DNA of 62,532 bases, filler included, from Globobulimina sp. (taxonomy: Eukaryota), in the NCBI GenBank assembly GCA_003354225.1. It is 35 parts of 35 records of this genome, joined end to end, with 100 filler letters (N's around TTAATTAATTAA, not from the genome) between each part and the next. Parts side by side here need not be neighbours in the genome. Positions count along the whole stretch, not along the records: positions 1 to 1,691 come from PIVH01013066.1; positions 1,792 to 3,482 come from PIVH01013067.1; positions 3,583 to 5,273 come from PIVH01013068.1; positions 5,374 to 7,064 come from PIVH01013069.1; positions 7,165 to 8,855 come from PIVH01013070.1; positions 8,956 to 10,645 come from PIVH01013071.1; positions 10,746 to 12,435 come from PIVH01013072.1; 28 more parts are not named here. One strand, written 5' to 3'. Position 1 is the stretch's first letter, and each line of letters opens with the position of its first letter. Both the position numbers and the translations under genes were made by a program. Below the pieces are notes generated by a model. That model was not told where the DNA came from. It did not search any database and saw only the letters and a program-made list of their open reading frames with translations. This document shows positions 1 through 12,535 of the stretch, one piece after another.

Positions 1-272
1 TGACGATTTTTTTTTTTGAACAGGGGGGGAAACGCTCTTAGCTAACTTTTAAATAAATTTTAAACACTTGTATTCAGGTCAACAGCCGTGTACATCCTTT
101 TCACGATGATAAATTGCTAAAAAGCAATATAGGACGATCCTCAACCTTAAGTTGACCCAAACACACAAATAAAAACAAAAAACAAAGCAATACATATTAT
201 TCAACGTAAAAAAGCTTACGTTAAGTAATTAATGCTCATATTATTTAAACAAATTTATTTTATTTTCTTTTC

Positions 273-1691
273 TTAATCTTCAACTTCAATCCTCTCTGTA
301 TTCAATACAAAATCGCATAATTTCTTTAATATATCAATACGCAAAGTTAAATACATAAGTTTGTCTCTTGGATTCCTGTTAATGTCCGGCTTCATCAATT
401 CATCTTGATATGGAAACAATAAATTGTATAACAACTTACTTTAATCCGACTCAAATATATTCTCATAAAATTCATCAATTTCATTTATCTCTCTTCTCAT
501 AATACTACGTTGATTATCATATTTCTCACATATCCAAATGAAATGTTCAACGCTCTCAATGGTTTGTATACGTTTATTTGTTTGGCAGTAATCACAGTTT
601 TTTGTTTTGTAGCCATATTTTCTTTGTCCGTTCAGCGCAATGTGTCCAGATCTTAGTTGTGCGATGAATTTCCATTGCCATTTTTTCAAAGGCGTTGTCC
701 CAACTTGTAGAATTCTACAACATTTCATGTACAAGACTTGTGCATGACTTGTAAACATGGCAACTTGTAGACTGTGGATAACAATATCCACTGTTTCTTT
801 CAAATCTGACGGTGTGCATGTTGAGACAACTGCGAAACTACCTTTCAAATTCTACAAGTTGGGACAACGCCTTTTTCATTTCAAATTTATACGCATCAAT
901 ATATTTCACGTCCCACTCAATCAAGTTCTTAATAAAAATAGCATCCGTATTCTTTTTCTTTTTTCTCACTTTTTTATAATTCTGCCAATTATCCAATGTG
1001 TTATAAAACGACTTTCTTTTATTCTCTTTTTTTACTGCTTGATAACTATAACTATTCCATTCTTGATTTGTATATTCTTTCTCAATCTCATTCCAGTTAT
1101 TCGATCTGAATATATCAAACATTCCTGCTTTGGCCATATCGTCCGCTATTTCGTTCCCTGTCTCGTTATTATGCGCTTTCACCCATATTATATGTACATC
1201 GATATCGAAATCACTTAAGTCGACAATTAAATTGTGCAATGTCTTTATTTTTTGATAAATTATCACATTTTCAATTTCATAACAACCCGCAATCCACTTT
1301 ACCACCGTCTCATTATCAATAATCAAACAGAGATGTTCGGACGTCAGATTTTCGTCTTTTTCGTAGATTTCGTAGCAATATCGATACGTACTGCTAAGAC
1401 CATTGATAGCTGCATCTAATTCGCAGTGATCAATAGAGCTTCTTAGCGCCGTTGAGGCTGCTCCATAAAAGTAGTCACTGTGGCCGTTATCGTACGTTCC
1501 TTCAGTTTGTCGTTTCTTTTCCTTAATTCATCCAAATTGGCTCTCGTCAAATAATAATCCAGATTACAGGACCAAAAGCCTGCACCTCCGAAACCGTCCT
1601 TATTTGAGCCATCTGAAAAAAGTAACTGTATACTTTTTTGATTTACTTGTTTGATATCTGTCGGATCAAAATCATAATAAAATAGGTTATC
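273..1691 (-). mobile_element. Degenerate non-LTR retrotransposon ORF2 3' end: RNase H plus CCHC zinc knuckle
   Basis: Minus-strand motifs FSDGS..GGAG, HCELDAA, IIDNE, WVKAH..GNEIADDMAK, then QLRSGH, CDYC..ESVEHFIWIC and LLFP. Frameshift near 1500, in-frame TAA at 441-443, and interrupted by the insertion at 691-871. Confidence 0.85.
691..871. mobile_element. 181-bp MITE with perfect 24-bp terminal inverted repeats, inserted at AAA|TTT with no TSD (Spy-like)
   Basis: GGCGTTGTCCCAACTTGTAGAATT (691-714) and its reverse complement (848-871); flanks are AAA and TTT; removal restores the host frame (FEMKNLKKWQWKFIAQLRSGH). Confidence 0.8.
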
Positions 1692-1791
1692 NNNNNNNNN
1701 NNNNNNNNNNNNNNNNNNNNNNNNNNNNNNNNNNNTTAATTAATTAANNNNNNNNNNNNNNNNNNNNNNNNNNNNNNNNNNNNNNNNNNNN
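1692..1791. other. Artificial contig spacer N44-TTAATTAATTAA-N44 (first of 34 copies, about every 1.79 kb)
   Basis: Identical 100-bp linker with stop codons in all six frames separates contigs of steadily decreasing length (1691 to 1688 bp). Confidence 0.99.
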
Positions 1792-3126
1792 GGAAGAAAT
1801 AAAGAAATGATTGAAAAAATAAATGAAGAGAAATTAAATTTTATTTATGACAATAAAGTTTTATTTAAATGGAATAGTATTTGTGTAAAGAGATGGATGG
1901 TGGAGAATAGATTGGTTTTGTTATTACCATTTGTGGACAGGTTATTATTTGATGGATTACACTTATTATCGTTTAATATACACAGAGCAGAGAATATATT
2001 ATCAAATGAAGAACTTTTATTGTTTAAGGAAGCGGATTTCTTTAATCTTTTAATAAAATTAAAAATAGGATGCAAACAATTATTAAAAGGTATAGTTAAT
2101 AATTATGTGGATGATTTTATGCTATTTCTCCCACCATCTCAAGTTTTTGCAGAAGAAATATTCGTTGATTTCTGCAAATTTATTAAAAAAGCGGGTTTTG
2201 TTGAAAAGGAGAAAAAGAGGGAGGGTCCAGGAGATTTTTTGGATTTAATTGGTTATGATATTGATACAAATGAAATGTTGGTAAAAATGAAGGAAATTAA
2301 AATTAAAAAGATTGAAGAACTATTAAATGAATTATTAATACATCAAGTGGTTGATTTAGAGACATATGAGTCAATTATTGGCAAATTGCAGGATTTTTCG
2401 TGCCTAAAATGGCCGGGAAAGGCCTTTTTGAAGAGACTTAGAGACAAATTATATAAATATATTAAATTATATGGAAGAAAGAATGTAATTATTATATTGG
2501 AGAGATGGGAGATGTTGGATTTTTTATGGTGGAGGAAATATATTAAAATCATAAATAAAGCATCCATTTTTGATATATGTGATCCGATGTATCCTGAGGA
2601 TGAGATACATTTTGATGCGGCGACTAATGGAAGTCGTGAGTTAGGTTGGTGTCCGGCGATCGGTTGTTGGTATAAAGGCAATTGGTTTGCAATTCCATTG
2701 CCAAATGAATATACAAATATGTATAGATCGTTGAGAACGGAGTATGTTAAGGAATTTGCCATTGCGCACTTTGAAATGTTGGCAATCATCATAGGATTGT
2801 ATACATTTAGACACTTAATCAGAGCGCATACAAAAATATTATTAAAAACCGACAATAAGCACGTTGAGGCCGTCATAATTAATAAAAATTCAGATGACGA
2901 ATTCTTACAAGATGGAGTTCGTTGGTTATGTATGTTCGCTGTGGAGGAATCAATAAATTTGTATATTGATTTTATTAATTCAAAAGCAAATAAAATCCCT
3001 GACTTAGCATCGAGGTTCGACATAAAAGCGTTATTAAAAGTGGCAAAGAAAAAATGTAGAAGAAATGGGTGGAAATTGACTAATTTTTCAAAAAATTGCA
3101 AGTTTCCAAACATACATGAATGGTAA
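1792..3126 (+). mobile_element. DIRS-like (tyrosine-recombinase) retrotransposon RT-RNase H ORF, 5' partial
   Basis: YVDD; LDLIGYDIDT; SIIGKL; RNase H motifs FDAA, IAHFEMLAI, TDNKHV, SKANKIPDLASR resembling DIRS1-type RNase H. Confidence 0.8.
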
Positions 3127-3582
3127 TATCAATTTGTCGCGTTTTTTGAGTCGGGATTTGCAGCAATAATTGTGAATATATTCAATATCACATTAATATC
3201 CATTTATTTATAATAAATATATCAATTCGTAATATGTTATATAGTTTTGATGTTTTTAGGATGCATTTAATATGTTGATAATAGATATTATTATAATAAA
3301 TGAATTGTAATTAATGTATTATTAAATTCTGTGCAGCAATGGTTTGTATATAAAGAGGGGAACTTTGTGTGTTTAATCGACGTTGTTTGCGATGGCAAAG
3401 AACGGATTGACTTAGCAATGACATAAAATGTGTTTATAATTTGTTAATATGTCATGAATAAAATAGTTTCTATGTAATGACANNNNNNNNNNNNNNNNNN
3501 NNNNNNNNNNNNNNNNNNNNNNNNNNTTAATTAATTAANNNNNNNNNNNNNNNNNNNNNNNNNNNNNNNNNNNNNNNNNNNN

Positions 3583-5073
3583 ATAATATCGATATCCTCT
3601 AGCTCTTCTATAGCTATTTCCATTTCTTCCTCTCCCCCTTCCTCTTCCTCTTCCTCTTAATCCTCTTCCCCTTCCTCTAAATCTGTGATTATTTGAATAT
3701 CGATGATAATTATTTCCATTATAATTATTGCCATAATAATCGAGAGACTCATTTCTTTGATATCGATGTTGATGCATATTATAATTATTATAATTATTGC
3801 AATTATTTGCCTCCAATTCATGTCTTCGATATTTAATTAATTTAACAATATGATGATGATTGTTTTCTGCAGCAATTCGTTGCGCAGTTTTATTGAATTC
3901 GTCTCTTAATAGCAATTGCTTCAAATCATATTTATTTATTAATATGGTACAGCAATCAGCATAGTTCTTAATAGCGCAAATATGTAAAGGTGTTTGTTTC
4001 CACACATTTTGCGCCGCATAATCCAAACCATTATTTATTAATAAATTTAAAATTTGCGTATTCCCAGAAATGCAACAACAATGAATTGGACTCCATTGAT
4101 TATCATATTTCATATTATCATTAAAATTATCAATGGATGCGGATTGTAACATTATTTTTATAGTTTCAATATTTGATCGCATGCAAGCTATCTCCATTGG
4201 CGTTTCTTTTGTTGTTTTCTTTTTGAAAATGTCTGCTCCATTTTGGATCAATAAATTTACAATCTCATAATGATTATGTATGGATGCTTCAAATAAGCTG
4301 GTACTGCCTCTTCGATCTCGCGAATCACAATAAACGCCGGCAAGTAATAATTCATTCACATATCGCGTATCACCGTCACTGCAACAAATATGAAGCGCAG
4401 TCTGTCCAAACTCATTTGTTGCCAAATCAATCACATATTGGATGCCTATCGCAATGTCATTATTTTTAAATGTTGCAAACAAATTATTTAAACCGCCATA
4501 TTTCAATGGATATGTTGATAAATCCAATATGTTCATATTTGCTCCATAATATTTGTGCATTAAGTATAAAAATATTAATCTGGCAATCGATAAGCCATCA
4601 AAATGAATATCTGTGAAACTTTCTTCTTTATATTTATACAATTTCTCTAAAGTGATATTTTGTGGCGCATAAAAACTTAATTCAATCACTTTTAAACCAT
4701 TTTTATCCAATTTATCAATGATTGAAAATGTTGATGATAATGTTTGAATTAATGCCGCTATTTTAGTCGCTGATGATAATGGATCGTTATTTTGGATCCC
4801 TGAAATATTGACATATTCATTAAGATCATTATCCATTTCATTCCTTTCTTTTTTTAATTGTTTTTCAACAGAATGTAATACATTAAATATTGAATCCACA
4901 TTAAACAACAAATGCTTTAATCTTTTATCAAATATATTGGAGCCGCCCAAAAATAAATGTTTTAAATGTTTGAAGTGAGTAAGAAATGTCAATGGAATGG
5001 TATATAATATGCTATTTATAATACCCAATGTTTGTAGATTTGAAAAACGTTTTACGAATACGGCGCAATGCAT
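3583..5073 (-). CDS. LRR-like N-terminus plus ankyrin repeats plus RG-rich tail (partial; upstream part appears disrupted)
   Basis: Ankyrin motifs GQTALHIC, GSTSLFEAS, ETPMEIAC, WSPIHCCC, QTPLHICA; C-terminal RGRGRG. Confidence 0.8.
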
Positions 5074-5373
5074 TTCTTTAAACGACTGTCTGTCTAAAAA
5101 TAAACTGTTTAAATTACTAAATGCGGCCTTCTTATTATTAATAATAATATCGGTTTATTCCGGTAATTTGGAACATTTCGCTAACGCTAATTTTGAGCAT
5201 TTAAGTTGATCTAAATTGCTTAACCAATTTAAATTATTTGTAATGTGTCGACATTCTCGTAAATAAATAATTTNNNNNNNNNNNNNNNNNNNNNNNNNNN
5301 NNNNNNNNNNNNNNNNNTTAATTAATTAANNNNNNNNNNNNNNNNNNNNNNNNNNNNNNNNNNNNNNNNNNNN

Positions 5374-6524
5374 ATCGCGTTTCTGCATATACCCAGAACG
5401 TAATTCGCTTTTCAATAATTGCAAAGTGGCCCCATTCCATTTCTTGCCAGCTTCTGAGCCTTGATTCGCAATTATAAAATGTCGTATTTCTAACTCCGTT
5501 TCTATATCGTGATGGTAATAAAATATGCCATGACCAATATCATTGACTTTCTGTCCCTTGTATGGTGTGATAATGTCACGTTGAATATGTTGGTCAATAA
5601 TATCGTTATCAATGATGCGGAGATAATTATGCACCACAAGCAATTTTTTTGGTGCCACCGAACCGCGGTTTAATGTCGCCACTCTTTCAATTAATTTTTT
5701 TAAGTTTATCTGTGAGTCGGCATCTAATTCCTTGACGATATAGATTATGATGTCACTGATTTCAGGAATTAATTCTTCCACAAATAAGTCAGTCATAGAC
5801 CTGTCCTGTAGTTTGCTCTCAGGAACGGGTCTTTTTTTGCCTTCGGTATCAATGAATATATATTTATCGTTTTCATTTTGTGGCAACACGAAACATATTC
5901 CTTTTGTTTCAGTGTCGTAATCCAAACCAGAAGGAAGGTTATAACCTGTGATTTGATTTAATAGCCAGGTCTTACCATTATTAAATTCTGATGATATTAT
6001 ACCAATATATCTATGTATAATTACATATATATTATTATGTCCACATAAGATGAACACATAAGTGAATTACTGTCTTATTACCTATATGATGTGTCTTTAC
6101 TTAATGGAATAATTGTGGTCCAATCTTCCAACATTTCATCTGAACTCATTTCGATCTGTGTTGGGCATGATTTGTTTTTGTTGGCATTTATTTGGATTTT
6201 CCAGCCTTTATCACCGATGTCACTCAAATATAATGAATCTGGATTCAGAATCATAGGGTAATCATCGAATTTCTGTTGGTTTTTTCCGTTGGTAATGCCA
6301 AGCGATTGCATGTATGGAGTGTAGCATACTGGCATGATTTCTTGGTAATTACCTTTCGATGTTTGCTCAACAACACACAATGCTAATTTAGCATATGCAC
6401 CATTGGGAGAATACCATACTAATAGAAAATAAGCAATAAATAGCACACATAAAGATGTTAGACTTAATATAGAATGCTTTTTTAGTGCTTCTAATATAAA
6501 ATGATTTCTTACTACGTTCAACAT
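5374..6524 (-). CDS. Membrane-anchored P-loop GTPase-like protein, 3' partial; intron 6011-6081
   Basis: N-terminal TM helix; splicing a 71-bp GT-AG intron gives SYR-YIGIISSEFNNGKTWLLN; later LPSG, TKG and DTEG (G1/G2/G3-like motifs). Confidence 0.7.
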
Positions 6525-6599
6525 GACAGAATGTGATGGCTATGATTTGGCAAACATTTAGAGAGGAAAACTGTTTTTTTTTGTTGAAACGCCGTCAAC

Positions 6600-7064
6600 A
6601 TGCTTGCAGTCAAAAGTGAATTCGAAGATTGTGGAATGTGTTTAGATACATTAGATGAAGCCGTTAATTCTGTTCGATATATATTTAGCAGTCTAAATGC
6701 GTATAAAAAGAAGACACAATTTATGCAAATGGAAAGACACAAAAATTTAAAAAAATCAGTGATTGAATTATTTCAAAATACATTGGAGGATACTAATTAT
6801 ATAAATAATATAAATGAATTATTTGCGAAACAACGTTTATTATTGGACGATATAAATAAAAAAGAAAATAATAATATTAATGAATTATACAACTCATTCT
6901 TTCCTAATACTAACAATGATGCCTCATCAAATGAAATGGATATTATAAAACCCGAAGAAGATCCTTATTCCCGCAATAGTAACAATTCAAGACCAGAAAT
7001 GGAAATATATATAAATATTAACGATCATAATAATGATATGAGTGATGAAGAAACAGAGAGTGAA
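6600..7064 (+). CDS. Hypothetical coiled-coil protein, 3' partial
   Basis: ATG-initiated ORF open to the contig end, divergent from the GTPase gene. Confidence 0.45.
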
Positions 7065-7164
7065 NNNNNNNNNNNNNNNNNNNNNNNNNNNNNNNNNNNN
7101 NNNNNNNNTTAATTAATTAANNNNNNNNNNNNNNNNNNNNNNNNNNNNNNNNNNNNNNNNNNNN

Positions 7165-7629
7165 GAAATAAGAAATTGCCAGTCATGCGACAGTGCATCG
7201 ATCAGTTTGTGGAATATTAACGAAATCGAGAATAAGTTGGTGTGCTGCTTTAAGTTCAATAAAATCGGTAATAATGTATGCGGTGCGTGGATGGAGGAAT
7301 TGTTTGTTGTTTGTGAGGTCATTGTGAAACCATTTGAGAGTGACCAATCGATGGAAGCTTCCATTAATTCGTCACATAATGCTTTGTTCCGCAATGTCGC
7401 TGCACGTATTTTGGAATATGAATGGTGTGTAATGGCCTCGTGTTCAGTATACGTAGATTTGGTCTCTTCTGTTTCATCATCATTGTTTCTCTCTAGATCT
7501 ATTTTTTGAATTAAACAAAAAACAAAATTATAGCATTACAGCATTGCGAAGCTGTAGCAATATAAATATACCATTGAGGTATTCCAAGAGATTGGATATT
7601 AATTCAACAGCTTTAGCTCTTCCGGACAT
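7165..7629 (-). CDS. GSS: Eukaryotic glutathione synthetase, N-terminal part; intron 7499-7571
   Basis: DWSLSNG..HAPHTLLP..FHKLIDALSHDWQFL matches the GSS N-terminus; a 73-bp GT-AG intron joins exon MSGRAK..YLN in frame. Confidence 0.75.
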
Positions 7630-7703
7630 GGTCTTTAGTCTCGGAAAGTTAGTTAAAACTTTAGATTTAAAATTAAGTGAATTAAGAAAAAAGATTAATT
7701 TTA

Positions 7704-8855
7704 TTATCGTTTGGCAATAATCCATCCAATTACAGGTGCCACACATTGTGTTTCTTGTTGCTGTGCCATGCCCACAATACCTCCATACATTCCACAATCA
7801 ATGTTCTTTCCGCAATAAGTCCATTTCATAGGGCACATGGAATATGTCGCAGGAAAATCGCCGGGACTCACATGCGGCCAACCTCCCCTTTTCCAATCTA
7901 ACTCCGTATTTTTTCTGTTCATTACTCCAATATACGGAAATAATGATTTTGCCCATCCAGTTACGCTTGAACCACCAGACATACTTTGAAAGCTATAAAT
8001 ACTGTCCCAAAATTCGATTAATTCGTCTTTTAATTTGCTCCCTTCACTCAATACACGTACGCTCTCAATCAGATTCTCAATAATTGGCATTAAATGCGCC
8101 AACCAAAAATCTAAACCAATATCCATTTTCTCAATGTCTTTACATTTCGTCTGTATTTTTTCCCAATCAGCGACGCATCCAATCAATGTAACATTTGGTA
8201 TTCCACTTCGTGTCATGGTTCGAAAACTAATAAATTCACTCAATGCTTTAAACAAAACACATTGTGATGCTGCTGCAGCAGTACTCGTTGTTGTGCTAAA
8301 ATCGCAAGTAATAATATCCACAATTTTATCATTGCATAAATCTCGACAGCCTTTCAAGTAATCATTGCTTACATTTATGACGCAAATCATAGGATTTTGC
8401 TTGCAATCATGGAGCTGTGCAGCTGTGCAGCATTTTCAGTCAAGTGAAAAAAACAAAAAAACTTTACTAAATTTTATTTGCAATATACAAATGTAACAAG
8501 TGTAAGCAATGATAAATGGTCCACCTTTTTCAAATTGATTTAATACAAACGACCAATCGTTAGTTTTACTGCCAATGTTCAATGAATCGTCAATGACAAC
8601 AATTTCTTTCTTGCCATCAAATGACACACATTTTTCACGTAACTTTTCTGCGTTTTGTGTGATATGGGTTGCAATTCCCTGTGCTATAATAATCCAAATG
8701 TCATCTGGACGCAATTGAAGAGGCCAATGATTCATAAAACAAGCATGTAATGCTGAAATAAAATTATTTTTAATGCCACGTAACGAAAAATCGACTGCCG
8801 CAAATCCTTCTTTTTTATCAAAAATATCAATACCATATCCATACACATTTTTATA
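7704..8855 (-). CDS. DUF4419 family protein, 5' partial; intron 8351-8524
   Basis: LRPDDIW..IAQG..NAEKLR, DFSTTT, GIPNVTLIG..DWEKI, VTGW, PVIGW; the intron joins FEK-G-CRD in frame. Confidence 0.8.
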
Positions 8856-8955
8856 NNNNNNNNNNNNNNNNNNNNNNNNNNNNNNNNNNNNNNNNNNNNT
8901 TAATTAATTAANNNNNNNNNNNNNNNNNNNNNNNNNNNNNNNNNNNNNNNNNNNN

Positions 8956-9845
8956 AGGCTCTCGAGTGAGCGTAAGTGTTGCTCCACAGTGTCAAAAAAT
9001 AGACGCAGTTTGACATGACTACTTCCAGCAGTAGGCAAATCTTCTAATGCCGTGTAATGTGCCTCAATAATTGATTGATTTTTGCCAAAACGACCGTTCA
9101 GTAAATCAACAGCAACTTGATAGTTTTCTGCAGTGAATTGAAGGCCAGCCACTGTTTTCAAAGCATCTCCGGTTAATTGAGCTTTCAAATAATGAAATTT
9201 GTTAATTGCCGACATTGCTGCTACATTATGAACTGCTGATGAGAACTCGTCCCAAAAGCCTTTCCATTTGATAATGTTGCCGGAGAATTTCTGCATTTCA
9301 AATTTAGGTAGCTTGACATGTAATGGAGCTTGTGCAGCTGGAGCAGCAGGAGCAGGCATGTGAACCGGAGCAGGTGGTTGTTGTGCCATTGCAGCAACAA
9401 CTGCGGCTGTTACCATCTGAACCAACTGAGCTGGATCTTGTTCGACCTTCACAGGTGGAGGAGGAGCTCTAGGTGGCTGCAGATTAGAAATTCGTTGTTG
9501 AATAGCAGTATGGTAACGACGAATGCTAATCGAAGAATCTTTGAAGTATGAGATGTCATCATCTTCATCTTCAATTTCCTTCTGTAATTCTGCTTGACCC
9601 GCGTTATCTTTCGCAGCAATATAGCACTTATTGACATTTTCGGTTTGAAGCTCGAACTTATTCAACCTATCCTGCAATGTAGCCCAGAGATCGCCTACTT
9701 GAGCTTCGAGTGCGTTTAAATCCCGAGGACGAGCATCTTGAAGAAGCAACCGTTGATCGATGACTGTATTGAGTTCGTTGCGAAGTTTAAAAAGATCCTT
9801 TTTTGCCTTCGTACGAGCAGCCTTGTATCCACCTAATTGTGACAT
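8956..9845 (-). mobile_element. BEL/Pao LTR retrotransposon gag (DUF1759), 3' partial
   Basis: KLPKFEMQKFSGN..W..FWDEF..VH..KFHYLKAQLTGDA..NY..A..LL..RFG. Confidence 0.85.
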
Positions 9846-9869
9846 GATGAATGCAAGAAAATTGCTGGA

Positions 9870-9962
9870 TTCGAAAATTTACCAATAGAAGGAAAAAATC
9901 GAAAATTTCGAAAATTTCGAAAATTGCAAAAAATTTCCGAAATTTTTTGGAAAATCGAATTT
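9870..9962. repeat. Degenerate tandem AAAATTTCG repeats upstream of the BEL/Pao gag
   Basis: Repeated cgaaaattt units visible in the sequence. Confidence 0.6.
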
Positions 9963-10745
9963 TTATAGACCGCAGTATTTTCAATGAAAAGAAAACGACT
10001 TGGAGTTTGAGCAGTGTGTGTTAACTTATTTGGGGATTTCACCAAACAGAAACTTTGTGTAATACTTATTTGGGTTATCACCAAACAGTATTTTTTGCAG
10101 CAATGTAATTACTTTTACAAAATTGTACACAACACTACTATACAAGTATACAATGAATGAATGTTTTACCTGAACTTGGGTAAATTCGGTTGACTCCACT
10201 TTGAATGTTGATCCAAAACCTTGATTGATGGAATTGAAACAACTTGATGTGATCAATTTTGACTACACAAAAATGATTTGTTGTCCTCTCGAGAATCTGC
10301 AATATAAAAATTGAGAAAAAATAAAAAAAATAAAAAATTTTGTACCGGACCGTGAATTGTAAAATTCAAGGACCGTAAATTAAGGACCGTCAATTGTACA
10401 CCAACCGAGTGGACCGTAATTTACCATCCTGACAGACTGTGAATTCAACAATTTGGTACACTGTTGCCTTCTCTCAATCTTTCTGTCAACTCAAAAAGGG
10501 TTTCTAAGTTATTAACTAGCCAACTATTTTTTGTAAAAAATTCAGCTCTTGCTCAGAGAGACAGAATCAATCTCCAGCTTAATTAAAGCAAAAATAGAAG
10601 ACTTATCTGATAGTTGTTTTTCTTTAGAGTTGACTGGACAACCAGNNNNNNNNNNNNNNNNNNNNNNNNNNNNNNNNNNNNNNNNNNNNTTAATTAATTA
10701 ANNNNNNNNNNNNNNNNNNNNNNNNNNNNNNNNNNNNNNNNNNNN

Positions 10746-12049
10746 AAACCGTCAATGCAAAACATTGTTGCATTTGTTTCAAACTGATAAATGTAACACT
10801 GTTCACTATCTGTATTTCATTCCTTTTAATCATAGCATACGGCATTGAATATTACTTTGATTCACCCATTCAACAATCACAGCCATTGAATTATTCCATC
10901 AATTTTATCTATATTTTAATCGTTGCTATTGAATTGATAGCATGCATTATAAGTTGTATTGCTGTTTGTTTTCATTTACGACGAATCATTAAGTACTCTT
11001 TATATTGGACAATTATCCATACACTTGTCATTTCCATTATATTCTGGTTATCGAAGCTATTTGTATCTCCATTCAATATCGACTTTGGATTTTATACATA
11101 TATCACATGGAGTGCCCTGCAAATATTATTGTTATATCTGCTGTGGAAATATAAATTATTGCTTAAAATGGTATATGATTGGGATGAAGAAGTGGAGGAA
11201 GAGGAAGACCAACAACCACAACCACACCAAGAAGAAATAAAAACAAACTCACCAAATAGCAATAACTTCGCCAGAACAACGCGAGTGAACAGTAATGGAA
11301 CAAACGTGAATGTGTCAATTAATTTAACTCAACAGCATAAACCATATGTGATGCATCCACAGTATCCTCAAATCTCTTCATTTCAACGCATTCCAAACAA
11401 ATCCATGTCATTACCGGCCTCAAATATTAAGCCAAACATTGAAGATGAAGAAAATAAACAGGTTGTTATTAAAATTGAGAAACAGAATAAAGCAAAAAAA
11501 AAGAAGAAAAAGGTGCGAGATTATGATAAAATACCAACAGACGATTTGGAATTGGAATTATCCGAAGAATTTAAGCAAAATGAATCAACTGATTATGATT
11601 CCGATAGTTTGTACCAAGAAACAAATAATCAAACAAAGCAAACACCGACAATGGATCGTATTGATACGTTGGATTTATTGGTTGCTGTTTCTGATCCTTT
11701 GCCTGAAGAACAGTCTGATGATGGAATTGACATCGAAAATGATTTTGGAACCGAAGGGAGTGAGGGTGTTGACATTGATTTTAATAATTGGATTATTCAA
11801 ACCTTACAAAATTGTGCACCAATAAACAATGAATGGAAAAAATATTGGAAGAATTTTAAAAAGAATAATATTACAAAAGAGACTTTGATGAGTTTAAGTT
11901 GTGATAAGCAAAGAAATGAATGGAACCAATTAATCCCCAAAATGGGTCCGAGAATACAATTTCAACAATCAGTGGACAGACATTTATTGGAACGAAAGGA
12001 GTCACATTTTTATCCCAGCCCCACAGGGCCCACACCTATGGCTAATTGA
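10746..12049 (+). CDS. Multi-pass membrane protein with low-complexity cytosolic tail and C-terminal SAM-like domain (5' end uncertain)
   Basis: At least 3 hydrophobic helices; C-terminal W..KYWKNFKKNNITKETLMSL..W.QLIPKMGPRIQF resembles a SAM domain. Confidence 0.6.
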
Positions 12050-12370
12050 TGCAATAATATATGTTAAATATGTTTCATTTTTTAGTTTGTTGGATTTTGC
12101 ATATAAACTTTCCTAGTTTTTGTGCTCATCATGGCAACTTGTTCAGTGTTTAAGTATTAGATAATTGAACAGATCCCGGCTCTCTTTATTTTGGGCCAGT
12201 GGTTGGCAGAGGTCCTCGGAGATTTAGTGGTGGTTGTAACTGTACAGAGGAATACTATCGAGATGTGATAGAAGAAAATGGCAGTATCCGAAGAGTATTG
12301 TAATAACAATATCTGCTTATCCAGTTTACTCAAGTTGAGTTTAAAAGTAATTGTTTCCAATATATGGCAC

Positions 12371-12396
12371 TGGATACCCGCCTTCGCGGGAATGAC
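12371..12396 (-). repeat. Bacterial-type short palindromic repeat GTCATTCCCGCGAAGGCGGGTATCCA
   Basis: GC-rich hairpin translating as VIPAKAGI, the well-known REP/RPE/dRS3-like bacterial element. Confidence 0.75.
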
Positions 12397-12535
12397 ATAA
12401 CCTTTATTCATCATTAAAGAATCGACGGTCGTCATNNNNNNNNNNNNNNNNNNNNNNNNNNNNNNNNNNNNNNNNNNNNTTAATTAATTAANNNNNNNNN
12501 NNNNNNNNNNNNNNNNNNNNNNNNNNNNNNNNNNN

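Noticed and set aside
441-443. Stop-codon reassignment (TAA/TAG read as Gln), suggested by in-frame stops here and near 5155, 28325 and 56497
   Set aside because: Conserved genes (TatD, copine, GNAT, aquaporin) have no internal stops and end in TAA/TAG; the stops lie mostly in decayed sequences
2343-3113. 256-aa minus-strand ORF, and similar antisense ORFs such as 757-1218, 44765-45385 and 46804-47433
   Set aside because: Shadows of the real coding strand with no recognisable motifs
10344-10645. LTR or primer-binding site for the BEL/Pao element
   Set aside because: GGACCGT repeats are present, but no TG..CA boundary or tRNA complement could be verified within the contig
12157-12435. 92-aa ORF containing VIPAKAGIQ
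   Set aside because: The peptide is the translation of a palindromic DNA repeat, not evidence of a protein
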